Origin: Desulfuromonadales bacterium | GTDB taxonomy: Bacteria > Desulfobacterota > Desulfuromonadia > Desulfuromonadales > Syntrophotaleaceae | DNA: 64,000 nt | Direction: 5' to 3' | Assembly: GCA_030154185.1 (NCBI GenBank) | Contig: JASKKK010000006.1 | Coordinates: 5,056 to 69,055, forward strand | Shown: one piece after another, positions 1-9,619 of the stretch | Position numbering within the stretch: the stretch's first letter is position 1 | Layout of the letters: every line of letters starts with the position of its first letter | Notes under the pieces: model-generated | What the model was told of the DNA's origin: nothing | Seen by the model: only the letters and a program-made list of their open reading frames with translations | Database searches by the model: none | Made by a program: the position numbers and the translations under genes

Positions 1-22
1 TACTCTTGCTGATCGCAGTGTC

Positions 23-406
23 GTGGAGGGAGAGGTTTTTCTCAGCCTTTACGAAGCTCATCGTCAGGGACCGCAGCGGGTCGGCGAACTTCTGAACGGC
101 AAGGACGATTTCCTACCGGTAAAAACCGAAAATGGGACCCTGCATCTGAATGTGGCGAACATTATCAAGGCTCAGACCCCGGAAGAAGAGGAAATGCACG
201 ACCTGATGATTCTCGGGAAAAAGTACAACGTGGAAGTCCATACCCTGTGCGAGGAAAGAATCGCCGGCGATATTTTTGTCGACCTTCCCCAGGACCGCAG
301 CAGGGTGAGCGATTATCTCAACCAGCCGCACCGTTTTGTCACCGTCATTGTCCCCGGCAGCGTCGTTTATGTCGCCCGCCGATTTATCCTTTCGGTGCAG
401 GATTAA
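23..406 (+). CDS. hypothetical protein, possibly 5'-truncated by the window edge
   Basis: 127-aa ORF (GTG at 23). The same frame stays open back to base 2. No family recognised by eye. Confidence 0.4.
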   Translation: MEGEVFLSLYEAHRQGPQRVGELLNGKDDFLPVKTENGTLHLNVANIIKAQTPEEEEMHDLMILGKKYNVEVHTLCEERIAGDIFVDLPQDRSRVSDYLNQPHRFVTVIVPGSVVYVARRFILSVQD

Positions 407-582
407 ACTTAGACTAAAGTCCGCACTGCGCTTTACGCTCCGGCTTCTGCAATCCACCGCCAAAAGCTCCAATCTCTGCCCTCCGCGGTTTCACACCGTG
501 CACGAACCTCGGAACCGATTGGCAGACATATAAAAAAAGCTCCGCCATATGACGAAGCTTTTTTAAACGATGTTTGTCTTTG

Positions 583-1419
583 TCATCCTTTATCCCAGAC
601 CACCCGGTTGACCTTGAGATCCGCATCGCGTTGCACGGTGCGATGGTAATTAACGGCAGGATTGCCGAACAACATCACGTAAACGATCTCGTGGGACTCG
701 GGGATACCGAGCCTGGCGCCGAGTCCGGGATTCATGTCGACCATGGCCCATTTGGCCAAGCCGTCCCACAGGGTGCCCAACCCCATGGTCGCAGCCATCA
801 TTTCAAAAGTGGTCATGGCTATAAACCCGTCGGCCGTCGGGGTCGGTGCCTTGGCGTCGACGGATACGATCAACAGGTGGGGAGCCTTGCGAAAAAGAAT
901 ATCCGCTCCCTTGTCCCAGGCCCGCAGGATGCCGCCGTAAAATTCCTTGCCTTTGGGCAGTCTCTCTTCCTCGACCATTTTTCGAACGCCTTCCATGGTA
1001 GCGGCTTTGACCTGCTCCATGGTCTGCTGGTCTTCAACCACCGTGAACAGAACCTTGCGGGCATTGACCCCGGTGGGAGCATGGGTGGCGATTCTGAGCA
1101 GTTTTTCGATGGTCGCCGGATCGACGGGCTCGCGTTTAAATCTCCGGATCGAACGACGTCCTTTGATGAGGGTTTCCATCTGACCGGGTTCGGGGAAATG
1201 TCCGTCGACAGGCAGGCTGTCTGCAGGTTTCAAACCGAAAATACCGAGGGCCGCCGTGGGGCAAACCGCAAGGCAATGCTGACACTCGATGCATTTTTCC
1301 GCCTTATCTTCCCCCACGTAAGGCACGCCCTGATCCATCACCAGAACATTTAACGGGCAATCCCGGACGCACTGTTCGCAGCGGGTGCATTTTTCGCTGT
1401 CTATCACCAAATCGAGCAT
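583..1419 (-). CDS. ferredoxin-domain / nitroreductase-family fusion protein
   Basis: Two 4Fe-4S motifs at the N-terminus (CTRCEQCVRDCP, CIECQHCLAVCP), followed by a nitroreductase-like core (RRSIRRFK, HAPTG). Confidence 0.8.
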   Translation of the reverse strand: MLDLVIDSEKCTRCEQCVRDCPLNVLVMDQGVPYVGEDKAEKCIECQHCLAVCPTAALGIFGLKPADSLPVDGHFPEPGQMETLIKGRRSIRRFKREPVDPATIEKLLRIATHAPTGVNARKVLFTVVEDQQTMEQVKAATMEGVRKMVEEERLPKGKEFYGGILRAWDKGADILFRKAPHLLIVSVDAKAPTPTADGFIAMTTFEMMAATMGLGTLWDGLAKWAMVDMNPGLGARLGIPESHEIVYVMLFGNPAVNYHRTVQRDADLKVNRVVWDKG

Positions 1420-1514
1420 GCCATCCTCCTTAGGACATTTCGGCGTTCATGTTTGCAACATTTTTAGCATGGTGACGCGTCTGGGACAAGCGCATAAAGC
1501 CCTCTCCTCCCGGA

Positions 1515-1525
1515 GGGGGGGGGGG
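1515..1525. repeat. G11 homopolymer inside an imperfect hairpin, intergenic
   Basis: Read directly: ccctctcctcccgga-GGGGGGGGGGG-agaggg, between the ORFs ending at 1560 and starting at 1419. Confidence 0.9.
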
Positions 1526-1559
1526 AGAGGGAACCTAGCCGGGAGGACGTCTGCCTTAT

Positions 1560-2234
1560 TCAGAACGATCGGGTGCGCCGCGGAGGCCGGCGACCGAGAA
1601 ACCATCCGAGCCACAACACCCCGACTCCGGCAAAAAACCAGCGCAGAATATTATTGCGCCACAAATAACGGTTTTCCTCCTTGAGGGCGGCAATTTTCTG
1701 CAGATGTTGCTGGTTTTCCCGCTGCAGACGATCACGTTCGGCTATGGTTTCAGTGATATTCTCAGCCCCTTCCCTGAGCTGTTCATACTCACCTCTGACC
1801 TTCTGCAGTTCCGCCTCCGTACGCTGAAGCATGGTTCGGGTTTCATCCTGCAAAGCCTGCAGCTCCTGATTCTTCTCGGTCAACTCGGCCATTTTTTTCT
1901 GCAGGACGGTTTGCTCATTTTGCAGGCGTGCGGAGATGACGGCATGAGGCTCCTGGCGTGTCACATACTGTTTGAGGATAAAACCTTCGGTACCGTCCGC
2001 CGCACGAACCTTGAAGTAGCTCTCGCCGTCTTCGATAATTTCGATCCTGGCCGGGCTGGCCAGAGATTTGAGAATCTTGTATTGATTGCCCGGACCGCGT
2101 CTCAGGGTCACGGCGATCTCGTCACTGATCCAGGCGGCCCGAGCAGTGGAAAGATTGCCGCATAACAACAGAATCGTCATCATCAGAGGCAACACCCGTT
2201 TTAAAACGTGGCTTGCGGTACCGGGGGAAACCAT
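1560..2234 (-). CDS. SH3-domain / coiled-coil protein with C-terminal membrane anchor (YgiM-like)
   Basis: ORF 1560..2351. Met40 (2234) is preferred because it gives the signal peptide ..MMTILLLCGNLSTARA. Contains an SH3b-like segment, a long Q/E/L-rich heptad region and a terminal hydrophobic helix WFFAGVGVLWLGWFLG. Confidence 0.55.
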   Translation of the reverse strand: MVSPGTASHVLKRVLPLMMTILLLCGNLSTARAAWISDEIAVTLRRGPGNQYKILKSLASPARIEIIEDGESYFKVRAADGTEGFILKQYVTRQEPHAVISARLQNEQTVLQKKMAELTEKNQELQALQDETRTMLQRTEAELQKVRGEYEQLREGAENITETIAERDRLQRENQQHLQKIAALKEENRYLWRNNILRWFFAGVGVLWLGWFLGRRPPRRTRSF

Positions 2235-2347
2235 ACTTAGGTAGCGGCGAACCCAGATGGCCGGTTCCCTTCCTGCCCAAAAGGGGGGTAAGGTGGGAGA
2301 TATCCGTGGGGTCGGTACCGATATGCCGGGCCTGGTTGCAGGTCTTT

Positions 2348-2554
2348 TCATAATTTCTCCACACTTTTGTGAGACAGGCGAATTGCCGTCATGTCATGCG
2401 TTTGCTCGCGATCAGCCCCGGTGGCATCGGCAACGGCCTTGCGCAGAGATGGTCGTCCATAATCGTCACCGTAACCTACCTGTCCCGCCAACGCCGCCAG
2501 AGCCATAAGCGCACCGCAAGCCATCACCACCAGAACACGCCAAATCCCCTTCAT
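2348..2554 (-). CDS. small exported hypothetical protein
   Basis: Met64 of ORF 2348..2743 gives the signal-like MKGIWRVLVVMACGALMALAALA. No homology recognised. Confidence 0.3.
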   Translation of the reverse strand: MKGIWRVLVVMACGALMALAALAGQVGYGDDYGRPSLRKAVADATGADREQTHDMTAIRLSHKSVEKL

Positions 2555-3066
2555 TGTACATCCACCTCTCGTCAATCGAAACATCATATCAAAACCGGCC
2601 TCACGCCCGTTCCGCAATTTTAAACGCCAAGGTTCAAGGAAAACCGCCAGGCAACTCCGATGGCTCCATGATCCGAGTGAGAAATCGAACGGGCGAGAGA
2701 TATTTTCAGTATGGGGAATAGGCATGAGCAAAGCCCGCACCAACTTTTCCCCACCACGGGAAATGAATGCGCCGGCGCAAAAACACCTGGCATGAGACGC
2801 AGAAAAAGACGCGTCTGCTTTTACCTAACCGTCACCAGCCAGATATATCTTTGCAGAAAAGGGTCTTAAAGACCTTCCTGCAATGCAGGATGGGTTGGGG
2901 ACCGGCCGGAGAATCAGAAAAAAAGGTCGCAAGAGAGGCGTTTTGTCGTCAATTGGCAACAGAAAGAAGGAGCGCTTGTGCAAAACGCCCCGGAAGAAAA
3001 AAGAAATCCCGGGATATCGCCCTTTTGGGGCCAACACATCCTGTCGTTTTCTGGAGACAAAGTGCT

Positions 3067-4422
3067 TCAGGTCTTTTTAAACAGACTCGGTACGATATGA
3101 TGACGTCCGAGAAGCTTGTAGAATTCCGTACGATTGCGGCCCGCAAGCCGTGCGGCATGGGCCACATTGCCACGGGTAAGCTGCATCAGGCGCACCAGAT
3201 AATCTTGTTCGAACTGCCGACGGGCTTCGCTGAAGGTGGGAATCTTTTCGACATTTTCGTGGATGGCATCCGCCACCAGCGAAGCCGAAATCAACGAGGT
3301 CGTGGAAAGAGCCAGCCCCTGTTCGATCACGTTGATAAGTTGGCGGACATTGCCCGGCCAGGATGCCGACACCAGGGCATCCATGGCTTCGGGTGCAAAC
3401 CCGGTCACTTTTTTCCCGCTGCGGGCGGCGAACTTCTGCAGAAAATGACCCGCCAGCAGGGGAATATCTTCGCGTCTTTCCGACAGGCCGGGCAACTCCA
3501 GAGCCACGACATTGAGACGATAATAAAGATCTTCGCGGAAACGTTCGGCGGCGATTTCCTCTTCGAGATTGCGATGTGTTGCAGAAATAATGCGAACATC
3601 GACAGCACAACTGGTGACGGACCCGACCGGCCGCATCTGCTTTTCCTGCAGCACGCGCAACAGTTTGACCTGCAGAGGCAGAGGCATATCGCCGATCTCG
3701 TCAAGAAAAAGGGTCCCTCCTTCCGCCGAGCGGAAAAGCCCGGGATAATCCTTCATGGCTCCCGTAAAAGCCCCTTTGGTGTGACCGAACAATTCCGATT
3801 CGAGCAGGGTATCCGGAATAGCGCCGCAATTGACGGCCACAAAAGGCTTCTCGGCGCGGGCACTGGCACGATGAATAGCGCGCGCAATCAGTTCCTTGCC
3901 GGTGCCGCTCTCCCCGCGAATCAAGACCGCCGCGTCGCTCTCGGCGGCCAGTCGGGCCTTGGCCAAAAGATCTTCCATGACCGGACTTTTGGTAATGATT
4001 TCGCTACGCCACGACTCTTCACCCTGTACGCTCTGTTCGGCGCCTCCGCCCGACATCCTCAGGGCGCGCTGGACTTCCTCCAGCAGGGCTTTGCTGTCCA
4101 GGGGCTTGGTCAGAAAACTGAACACGCCCCGCCGGGTCGCATCGACAGCATCGGGAATGGAACCGTGAGCGGTCAGGATGATAACCGGCAAAGATGCCTG
4201 GCGGGTGCGAATGGCATCGAACAAAGCCATACCGTCCATCCCTGCCATACGCAGGTCGGTTATTACCAGATGGGGCCGCACGGCCGGGATCTTGGCCAGG
4301 GCTTCTTCCCCGCTCTCGGCAATGTTGACATCGTATCCGGCACCGCGCAACCGTATTGACAATAGGCGCAGCAGATCGGTGTCGTCATCTACCAACAGCA
4401 GTCGCTGTTTTTTCTCTTCCAT
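3067..4422 (-). CDS. sigma-54-dependent response regulator (NtrC family, GlrR/QseF-like)
   Basis: Receiver domain (LLLVDDD..DLRMAGMDG), AAA+ sigma-54 interaction domain (GESGTGKE, GAFTGA, ESELFGH) and a C-terminal HTH. By eye it aligns end to end with E. coli GlrR (..TAHGSIPDAV..GVFSFLTKP.., ..GNVxHAARxAGRNRTEFYKLL). Confidence 0.9.
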   Translation of the reverse strand: MEEKKQRLLLVDDDTDLLRLLSIRLRGAGYDVNIAESGEEALAKIPAVRPHLVITDLRMAGMDGMALFDAIRTRQASLPVIILTAHGSIPDAVDATRRGVFSFLTKPLDSKALLEEVQRALRMSGGGAEQSVQGEESWRSEIITKSPVMEDLLAKARLAAESDAAVLIRGESGTGKELIARAIHRASARAEKPFVAVNCGAIPDTLLESELFGHTKGAFTGAMKDYPGLFRSAEGGTLFLDEIGDMPLPLQVKLLRVLQEKQMRPVGSVTSCAVDVRIISATHRNLEEEIAAERFREDLYYRLNVVALELPGLSERREDIPLLAGHFLQKFAARSGKKVTGFAPEAMDALVSASWPGNVRQLINVIEQGLALSTTSLISASLVADAIHENVEKIPTFSEARRQFEQDYLVRLMQLTRGNVAHAARLAGRNRTEFYKLLGRHHIVPSLFKKT

Positions 4423-4455
4423 TCATATCCTCAGGTTGTCGCCAGAGCCTCCGAG

Positions 4456-4974
4456 TCACTTTTCTCTCTGGCGAAGAATTTTTTCGATATCTTCCAGAGC
4501 CTGCAGTTTATCCTGCAACTCGCGATTGTCGGTCTCCAGCTTCCGGGCCCGCTGCAGAACCTGATCGCGCTCTCCGACAAGCTCCAGTTGCTCTTTGAGC
4601 TGATCTTCCAGCAGGGATGTCAGGGAAAGCAATGTCGCCCCCCCTTTATCCTGTCGACGAAAATCGATCAGCAAATCGAGTGCCAGTTTGCGATCTACAG
4701 GTGGACGTCCGGGTTGGGAAGCCAGAGCCACAAGCTGAAAAAGAGCATTGTCGTCGGGCTTGCGATTGAAGTCCTTGCGCAACCTCACGATTTCCCTGTC
4801 GATCTTTGCAGGGCTCAAGGTACCGGCCTTGCGGTAATAATCCAGAACCGTTGCGGGTTCGATCCCCTCGCCCGGCAGCTGCGGCCAGGAGACCTTCGGA
4901 AAGCCAGCGCAGCCGGAGAGGAAAAGCCCCAGAAACAATCCAATTGCTATTCCAGCCTTGTGTCTTGGCATCAT
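4456..4974 (-). CDS. lipoprotein with coiled-coil C-terminus (positional analogue of YfhG/QseG)
   Basis: Lipobox LFLSGC. Sits between the kinase and regulator genes. 4-nt overlap with the kinase stop. C-terminus is E/L/Q-rich and helical. Confidence 0.6.
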   Translation of the reverse strand: MMPRHKAGIAIGLFLGLFLSGCAGFPKVSWPQLPGEGIEPATVLDYYRKAGTLSPAKIDREIVRLRKDFNRKPDDNALFQLVALASQPGRPPVDRKLALDLLIDFRRQDKGGATLLSLTSLLEDQLKEQLELVGERDQVLQRARKLETDNRELQDKLQALEDIEKILRQREK

Positions 4975-6416
4975 GTCTTTGCCTCCTGAGCCGAAAGCGG
5001 CAGTGTCACCCTGAAACAGGCACCCCCCAGCGAGCTCTCAAGAACCTCGATGCTGGCGCCATGATCACGTACGTATTCCTGCACGATGGACAAACCGATT
5101 CCTGTCCCCTGAACGGGTCCCACCAATGGAGCCGAACCCTGGTAAAAAGGTTTGAAAATCTCTTCCCGCTCGCTTTCCGGAATGCCCGGACCCGAATCGG
5201 ACACTTCAAGAAGAGCCTGGTGATCCTGTCGGCAAAGGGAAACACGAATAATGCCTCCCACAGGGGTATATTTGACGGCGTTGGAAAGCAGATTGTCCAC
5301 CACGTTGCGTAATCGCTCCCGGTCTCCGAAAAGTTGCAGCGGCTCCAATTCGAGTGTGAGATCGAGATTTTTTTTAAGCATGGCAGGCCTCTGCGTCGCG
5401 GCGACCCCCTCAATCAGACGGGAAAAATCGATACTGCCGCCGCGAAATGTGGAAATCTTGGCCTGCACTCGGCTGAAACCGAGGAGGTTATCGATAAGCT
5501 TATGCAGTTGCAATCCGTTCTTACGCAATATCCAGGCAATCTCCCGTTGCTGGTCGTTGAGTGGTCCGACCTCTTCCTCGACCAGTAATTCCGTACCTTC
5601 GCGGATGGATGCCAGGGGCGTTTTTAACTCATGAGAAACATGGGAGATAAACTTGCTTTTTTCCTTTTCCACTGCATTAAGGCGCTGCCGCAACCAGTCG
5701 AGACGCGTCCCCAGAAAACGTAGATCGTCCGGGCCGCCAACCGTGATGGGCGAGGTAAAATCCCCTTCGCCCAGACCGGTGATACCGCGGTTGATCTGCC
5801 GGATCGGATTGGTGATGCGCTGTGCAAAAAAGATGGCGAACAGAGCGGTTACCGGAACCAGCAGCACCGCCAGCCAAAGCAGTATCCTGCGCGCTCGGGT
5901 AGTCGAAGACCGCAGGGCGTCGACCTCGTGGACGATAAGCTCCTGACTTTCGTCATACAGACCCCGTGCCAGATTGTTGAGTTCTTCGAACCCCTCCAGA
6001 AAAGCTTCATTGTCGCCTGCATCGCGACCGTTGCTGCGCAAATCGGCATAGAGCTGTTTTTCCCCCTCGGCCAGACGCCGCAGACGCCGCAACTGATCCC
6101 GCTTCAGGGGCAGGTTGCCGAGATGTTCGACCGAAAGCGCAAACTCTTTATGCTTTTCTTCGATCCCTGCCAGCAATTCACCGGCCTGCAGCACCTGATA
6201 CTGACGAGCGCGGCGCTCCAGAGCCAGCAGTTGCTCGACCAGATTGCGGCTTTCCTGAATCACGTTGACGGACCGATAGACGGCCTGAGAGCCCCGTCGC
6301 GCCAAGCGATCCAGGAAAAACTCGGCATTGATCATGGCCAGGTTGAACGGTAGCGCCACCATGGCAAAACCGATCAGCACCAGGGCAAGAAACGATTTTG
6401 GACGAAATAGGTGCAT
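4971..6416 (-). CDS. HAMP-domain sensor histidine kinase (GlrK/QseE-like)
   Basis: Two TM segments flank a ~150-aa periplasmic region. HAMP domain, H-box SHELKTPLASI, N box DNLLSNAVKYTP, G boxes DSGPGIP and GTGIGLSIV. Confidence 0.85.
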   Translation of the reverse strand: MHLFRPKSFLALVLIGFAMVALPFNLAMINAEFFLDRLARRGSQAVYRSVNVIQESRNLVEQLLALERRARQYQVLQAGELLAGIEEKHKEFALSVEHLGNLPLKRDQLRRLRRLAEGEKQLYADLRSNGRDAGDNEAFLEGFEELNNLARGLYDESQELIVHEVDALRSSTTRARRILLWLAVLLVPVTALFAIFFAQRITNPIRQINRGITGLGEGDFTSPITVGGPDDLRFLGTRLDWLRQRLNAVEKEKSKFISHVSHELKTPLASIREGTELLVEEEVGPLNDQQREIAWILRKNGLQLHKLIDNLLGFSRVQAKISTFRGGSIDFSRLIEGVAATQRPAMLKKNLDLTLELEPLQLFGDRERLRNVVDNLLSNAVKYTPVGGIIRVSLCRQDHQALLEVSDSGPGIPESEREEIFKPFYQGSAPLVGPVQGTGIGLSIVQEYVRDHGASIEVLESSLGGACFRVTLPLSAQEAKT

Positions 6417-6447
6417 AGTCCGCCATTCCCAGACTGTCGGCTGCAGA

Positions 6448-7779
6448 TCAAACCGGCAGCGGCCAGTCGGTCTGGTAACCTTCGGGATAGAAATTCTCCC
6501 GCGTGCGATTGAAATACCCGTACTGCAACCGGGGAATACGCCGCTTCAAACGGTCCAGCATCTCCACCATCCCGAGCCCCTCGTCTTCGATCCCCATGAC
6601 CCGGCAATACAGTTCGGGATCGATACTCAGGTTGCGCATCTGGATCAGATCGACGCCGGCTTCCTCGATCAGGTCACCCAGGGCCGACACTTCCTCCAGT
6701 CGATCGTTCAACCCCGGGAACACCAGGTAATTGATCATGGTGAACAGGCCATGCCTTTTGGCCCGCCGCAGCGATTCGCGAACCTGCTCCAGGGTATAAC
6801 CGCAGGGACGATGGTAGGCGTCATAAAAACGATCCTGTACCGAATTCATCGATACCCGAATGGAATCGATACCGGCCTGCGCCAGACGATCGACGGCATC
6901 GGGATCGGAGGCGTTGGAATTGAAATGGATCGTCCCCTTGTCCGTGCGACGCCGCATTTCCCGCACCGCGTCACAGATGGTATCGGCCTGCAGAATAGGG
7001 TCCCCCTCGCAGCCCTGCCCGAAGGATACGATGGCCTTTTCCGCCCGCTCCAGATGAGGCACGGCGATCTGGCATAGTTCCTCAACCTTCGGCACGAACG
7101 TAATGCGTTCCTGGCTGGAAGGACAGCATTCGGGAGCTTCCTGCAGGGAAATGCAGCCCAGACAGCGGGCATTGCAGACCGGCGAGGTCGGCAGCGGCGC
7201 CTCCCAGCGACGGAAGAACAGGTTCTTGGCGGCGAAACAGTGGTAGTCCAAGGCGCAGCGGGCCAACTGCTCGAGCAATCGGTTGTCCGGGTGGGCCCGC
7301 AACAGTTTCCTGACCAGAGGATCGAGCTTGCGATCGTCAAAATGATCCGGCTGCCACTGGGTGTTACGGTCGACGCGCACGGCGGCAGCGTAAAACCGCT
7401 CCTCCTCGACGCACCAGCCAACGGCGGTATAAGACCACAAAGGCAGTTGAATCTGTTTGTCGCCGTAAGCCGCAGCCGGCAACAGGGTTCGGGTATAGCC
7501 CGGCGTCAGAAAAGCGGAAACCGCCTGAGCCTTGCCGCCGCCGAAATGGCGCGGCAGTTTGCGCAAGGTGACCGTACGCTCGCCGCCATCGTCGAATCCG
7601 ATCGGCGGTGTATCGGGAATGGTGAAAAGACGACTCCCCGCCGGCAGGGGAATCAGTTCTTCAGGGCGGGGAGGTCTGATCCGAGCTCCGTTCATACCGA
7701 CCATCAGCAGATCGGGATGTTCAAAAACTTCACCGGAGGCGTCCGCCACTACGGCGAGAATGGTCTTTTTACGTTTCAT
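6448..7779 (-). CDS. radical SAM protein, function unknown
   Basis: CNARCLGC (CX3CX2C) cluster motif in the middle of the protein. Start taken at Met52 (MKRKKTILAVV) of ORF 6448..7932. Only 31 nt upstream of the kinase gene. Confidence 0.75.
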   Translation of the reverse strand: MKRKKTILAVVADASGEVFEHPDLLMVGMNGARIRPPRPEELIPLPAGSRLFTIPDTPPIGFDDGGERTVTLRKLPRHFGGGKAQAVSAFLTPGYTRTLLPAAAYGDKQIQLPLWSYTAVGWCVEEERFYAAAVRVDRNTQWQPDHFDDRKLDPLVRKLLRAHPDNRLLEQLARCALDYHCFAAKNLFFRRWEAPLPTSPVCNARCLGCISLQEAPECCPSSQERITFVPKVEELCQIAVPHLERAEKAIVSFGQGCEGDPILQADTICDAVREMRRRTDKGTIHFNSNASDPDAVDRLAQAGIDSIRVSMNSVQDRFYDAYHRPCGYTLEQVRESLRRAKRHGLFTMINYLVFPGLNDRLEEVSALGDLIEEAGVDLIQMRNLSIDPELYCRVMGIEDEGLGMVEMLDRLKRRIPRLQYGYFNRTRENFYPEGYQTDWPLPV

Positions 7780-7921
7780 GCAGTAAAAATCCTTTTTTTG
7801 TCGATGCGGTAACCACTTAGACCGGTAAGCATAACACAGGACCCCCTCCGGAGGGAATAGTTCCCATCGTCGCTGAATTTTACCCTTTCCTCCGCAATCA
7901 TCCTTCGCTATGCTGGCGGCC

Positions 7922-9619
7922 ATGCGCGTCATACTGACTACCCTTCACAGCAAATTCGTTCACACCAGCCTTGCCCTGCCGCTGCTGGCCGCTTACTGCC
8001 GGCATCCGGGCCGGACCCTGCTGATTCGCGAATACACCGTTCACGAACCGAAGGAAACAGTACTGGCCGCCCTGCTGGCAGAGCAACCCGACGTGGTGGC
8101 GTTTTCCGTGTATCTCTGGAATCGTGCCGCCACCCTGGAACTGGCCGACGCCCTGGCTGTCGCTCGCCCCGGTCTGCGTGTAATCCTGGGGGGCCCCGAA
8201 ATCTCTTTCGACGGGCCCGAGCTGTTCGAACGTCACCCCGCCATCGACGCCGTGGTTCACGGCGAAGGTGAAATTCCGTTGAAGGCGTTACTCGACTCCT
8301 GGCAGCAGGGAAATCAACCCCATGGCGTGGCACGTGTCAGCTGGCGAAACGATCAGGGCGTCATGACCGCCCCCGATGGTCCGCCGCTTCAAAACCTCGA
8401 CGACATCCCCTCGCCTTTTCCCCTCGGCCTGGTCGACCTGTCGCGCGGTCTGGTTTATCTGGAAACGAGCCGCGGCTGCCCCTATCGCTGTGCATTCTGC
8501 ATGAGCGCCCTCGACGCCAGCGTGCGATCCTATTCGATGCAGCGCATCCGGGCCGATCTGCTCTGGCTTATACGGCATGAGGTCCCCTGCATCAAGCTGG
8601 TGGATCGCACCTTCAACTACGACGCCGCCCGGGCCCGCGACATATTCCGATTCATCATGGAAAACAACCGCGTCAGCAAGTTCCATTTCGAGATTGGCGC
8701 GCATCTGCTGGACGACGCGACCCTTACACTGCTGAAGCAGGTGCCGCCCGAAATGTTTCAGTTTGAAATCGGGGTGCAGTCCACTCTGCCCAAAACCCTT
8801 GAAGCCATCCGCCGGGAAACCTCGCTGGAACAGCTCGAAACCAACGTCCAGCGCCTACGGGACACAGGGCGCATCCACCTGCATCTCGACCTGATCGCCG
8901 GCTTGCCGGGGCAGGGGCTCACATCGTTTCTACGATCGGTCGATCGGGTCATGGCCCTGCGCCCCCACCATCTGCAACTGGAGCCGGTTAAACTCCTGCC
9001 GGGATCCCCTTTGCGCCGCGATGCCGCCGCCTCGGGCCTGCGCTTCGATCCCCATCCCCCCTATACGGTTCTGACCACCCCCGACCTGACTTTCGAGGAA
9101 CTGGAACGCTTGCGCGGCATCAGCCGCCTGCTGGATTTGACATGGAATTCCGAACGCCTGCAGGAATTCCTTGAGCAGTTGACCGTTCCGTACGGAGGCC
9201 TGTCGGAGGCCCTGGGCGCCCTGGAACGGTTCTGGCGCCGCCACGGACTGTTTCGCCGGTTGCTGTCCCAGCGGAGCCTGTTCGAGGAGTGCTGGAATTT
9301 CCTCCGATGCGAGAGCCCCCAGGAATACCGCCAGATATTGCAGGAAGCCCTGGCACGCGACTTCGCCCGAATCGAACGCGTAGCTCCGGCCAAAGCCCCC
9401 GAGTTCCTGAATCTCGATTTGCAATCGGACGAGGTGCAACGCGTTCGGGAACGGGTGCGCCTCGAAACCGATCGCATCAAAGGGCAAGGCATCAAACTGC
9501 AACATCTCGCCTGTGTGTTCTTCCATATCCCCGGCAGGGAAAACCAGCGAACGGTTCTGTTGTTCGTGTACCTGACCCGTCCGGGAGCGACCATGCAGGT
9601 CAAACAGATCGCATTATGA
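7922..9619 (+). CDS. B12-binding-domain radical SAM protein (DUF4080-type C-terminus)
   Basis: N-terminal Rossmann-like cobalamin-binding region (MRVILTTLHSKFVHTSLALP..VVAFSVYLWN). Radical SAM motif ETSRGCPYRCAFC. The start could be 7910 or 7922. Confidence 0.8.
   Translation: MRVILTTLHSKFVHTSLALPLLAAYCRHPGRTLLIREYTVHEPKETVLAALLAEQPDVVAFSVYLWNRAATLELADALAVARPGLRVILGGPEISFDGPELFERHPAIDAVVHGEGEIPLKALLDSWQQGNQPHGVARVSWRNDQGVMTAPDGPPLQNLDDIPSPFPLGLVDLSRGLVYLETSRGCPYRCAFCMSALDASVRSYSMQRIRADLLWLIRHEVPCIKLVDRTFNYDAARARDIFRFIMENNRVSKFHFEIGAHLLDDATLTLLKQVPPEMFQFEIGVQSTLPKTLEAIRRETSLEQLETNVQRLRDTGRIHLHLDLIAGLPGQGLTSFLRSVDRVMALRPHHLQLEPVKLLPGSPLRRDAAASGLRFDPHPPYTVLTTPDLTFEELERLRGISRLLDLTWNSERLQEFLEQLTVPYGGLSEALGALERFWRRHGLFRRLLSQRSLFEECWNFLRCESPQEYRQILQEALARDFARIERVAPAKAPEFLNLDLQSDEVQRVRERVRLETDRIKGQGIKLQHLACVFFHIPGRENQRTVLLFVYLTRPGATMQVKQIAL

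Noticed and set aside
533-572. Possible bidirectional terminator aaaaaagct..agctttttt between the ORFs ending at 406 and 583
   Set aside because: The stem is AT-rich with a 14-nt loop, so predicted stability is low. It is not reported as a feature.
2614-2630. Sigma-54-like promoter on the minus strand (TTGGCGTTTAAAATTGC) as a possible target of the GlrR-like regulator
   Set aside because: The spacing between the GG and GC elements is one nucleotide longer than the strict -24/-12 spacing, and the -24 box is TGGCG rather than TGGCAC. The TGGCATGagacGCA at ~2794 is two nucleotides too short.
2767-4359. 530-aa plus-strand ORF covering the response-regulator locus
   Set aside because: It lies antisense to a gene with unmistakable NtrC-family motifs. 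Its translation is low-complexity (R/G/Q/H-rich) and matches no recognisable domain. This is a typical shadow ORF of GC-rich DNA.
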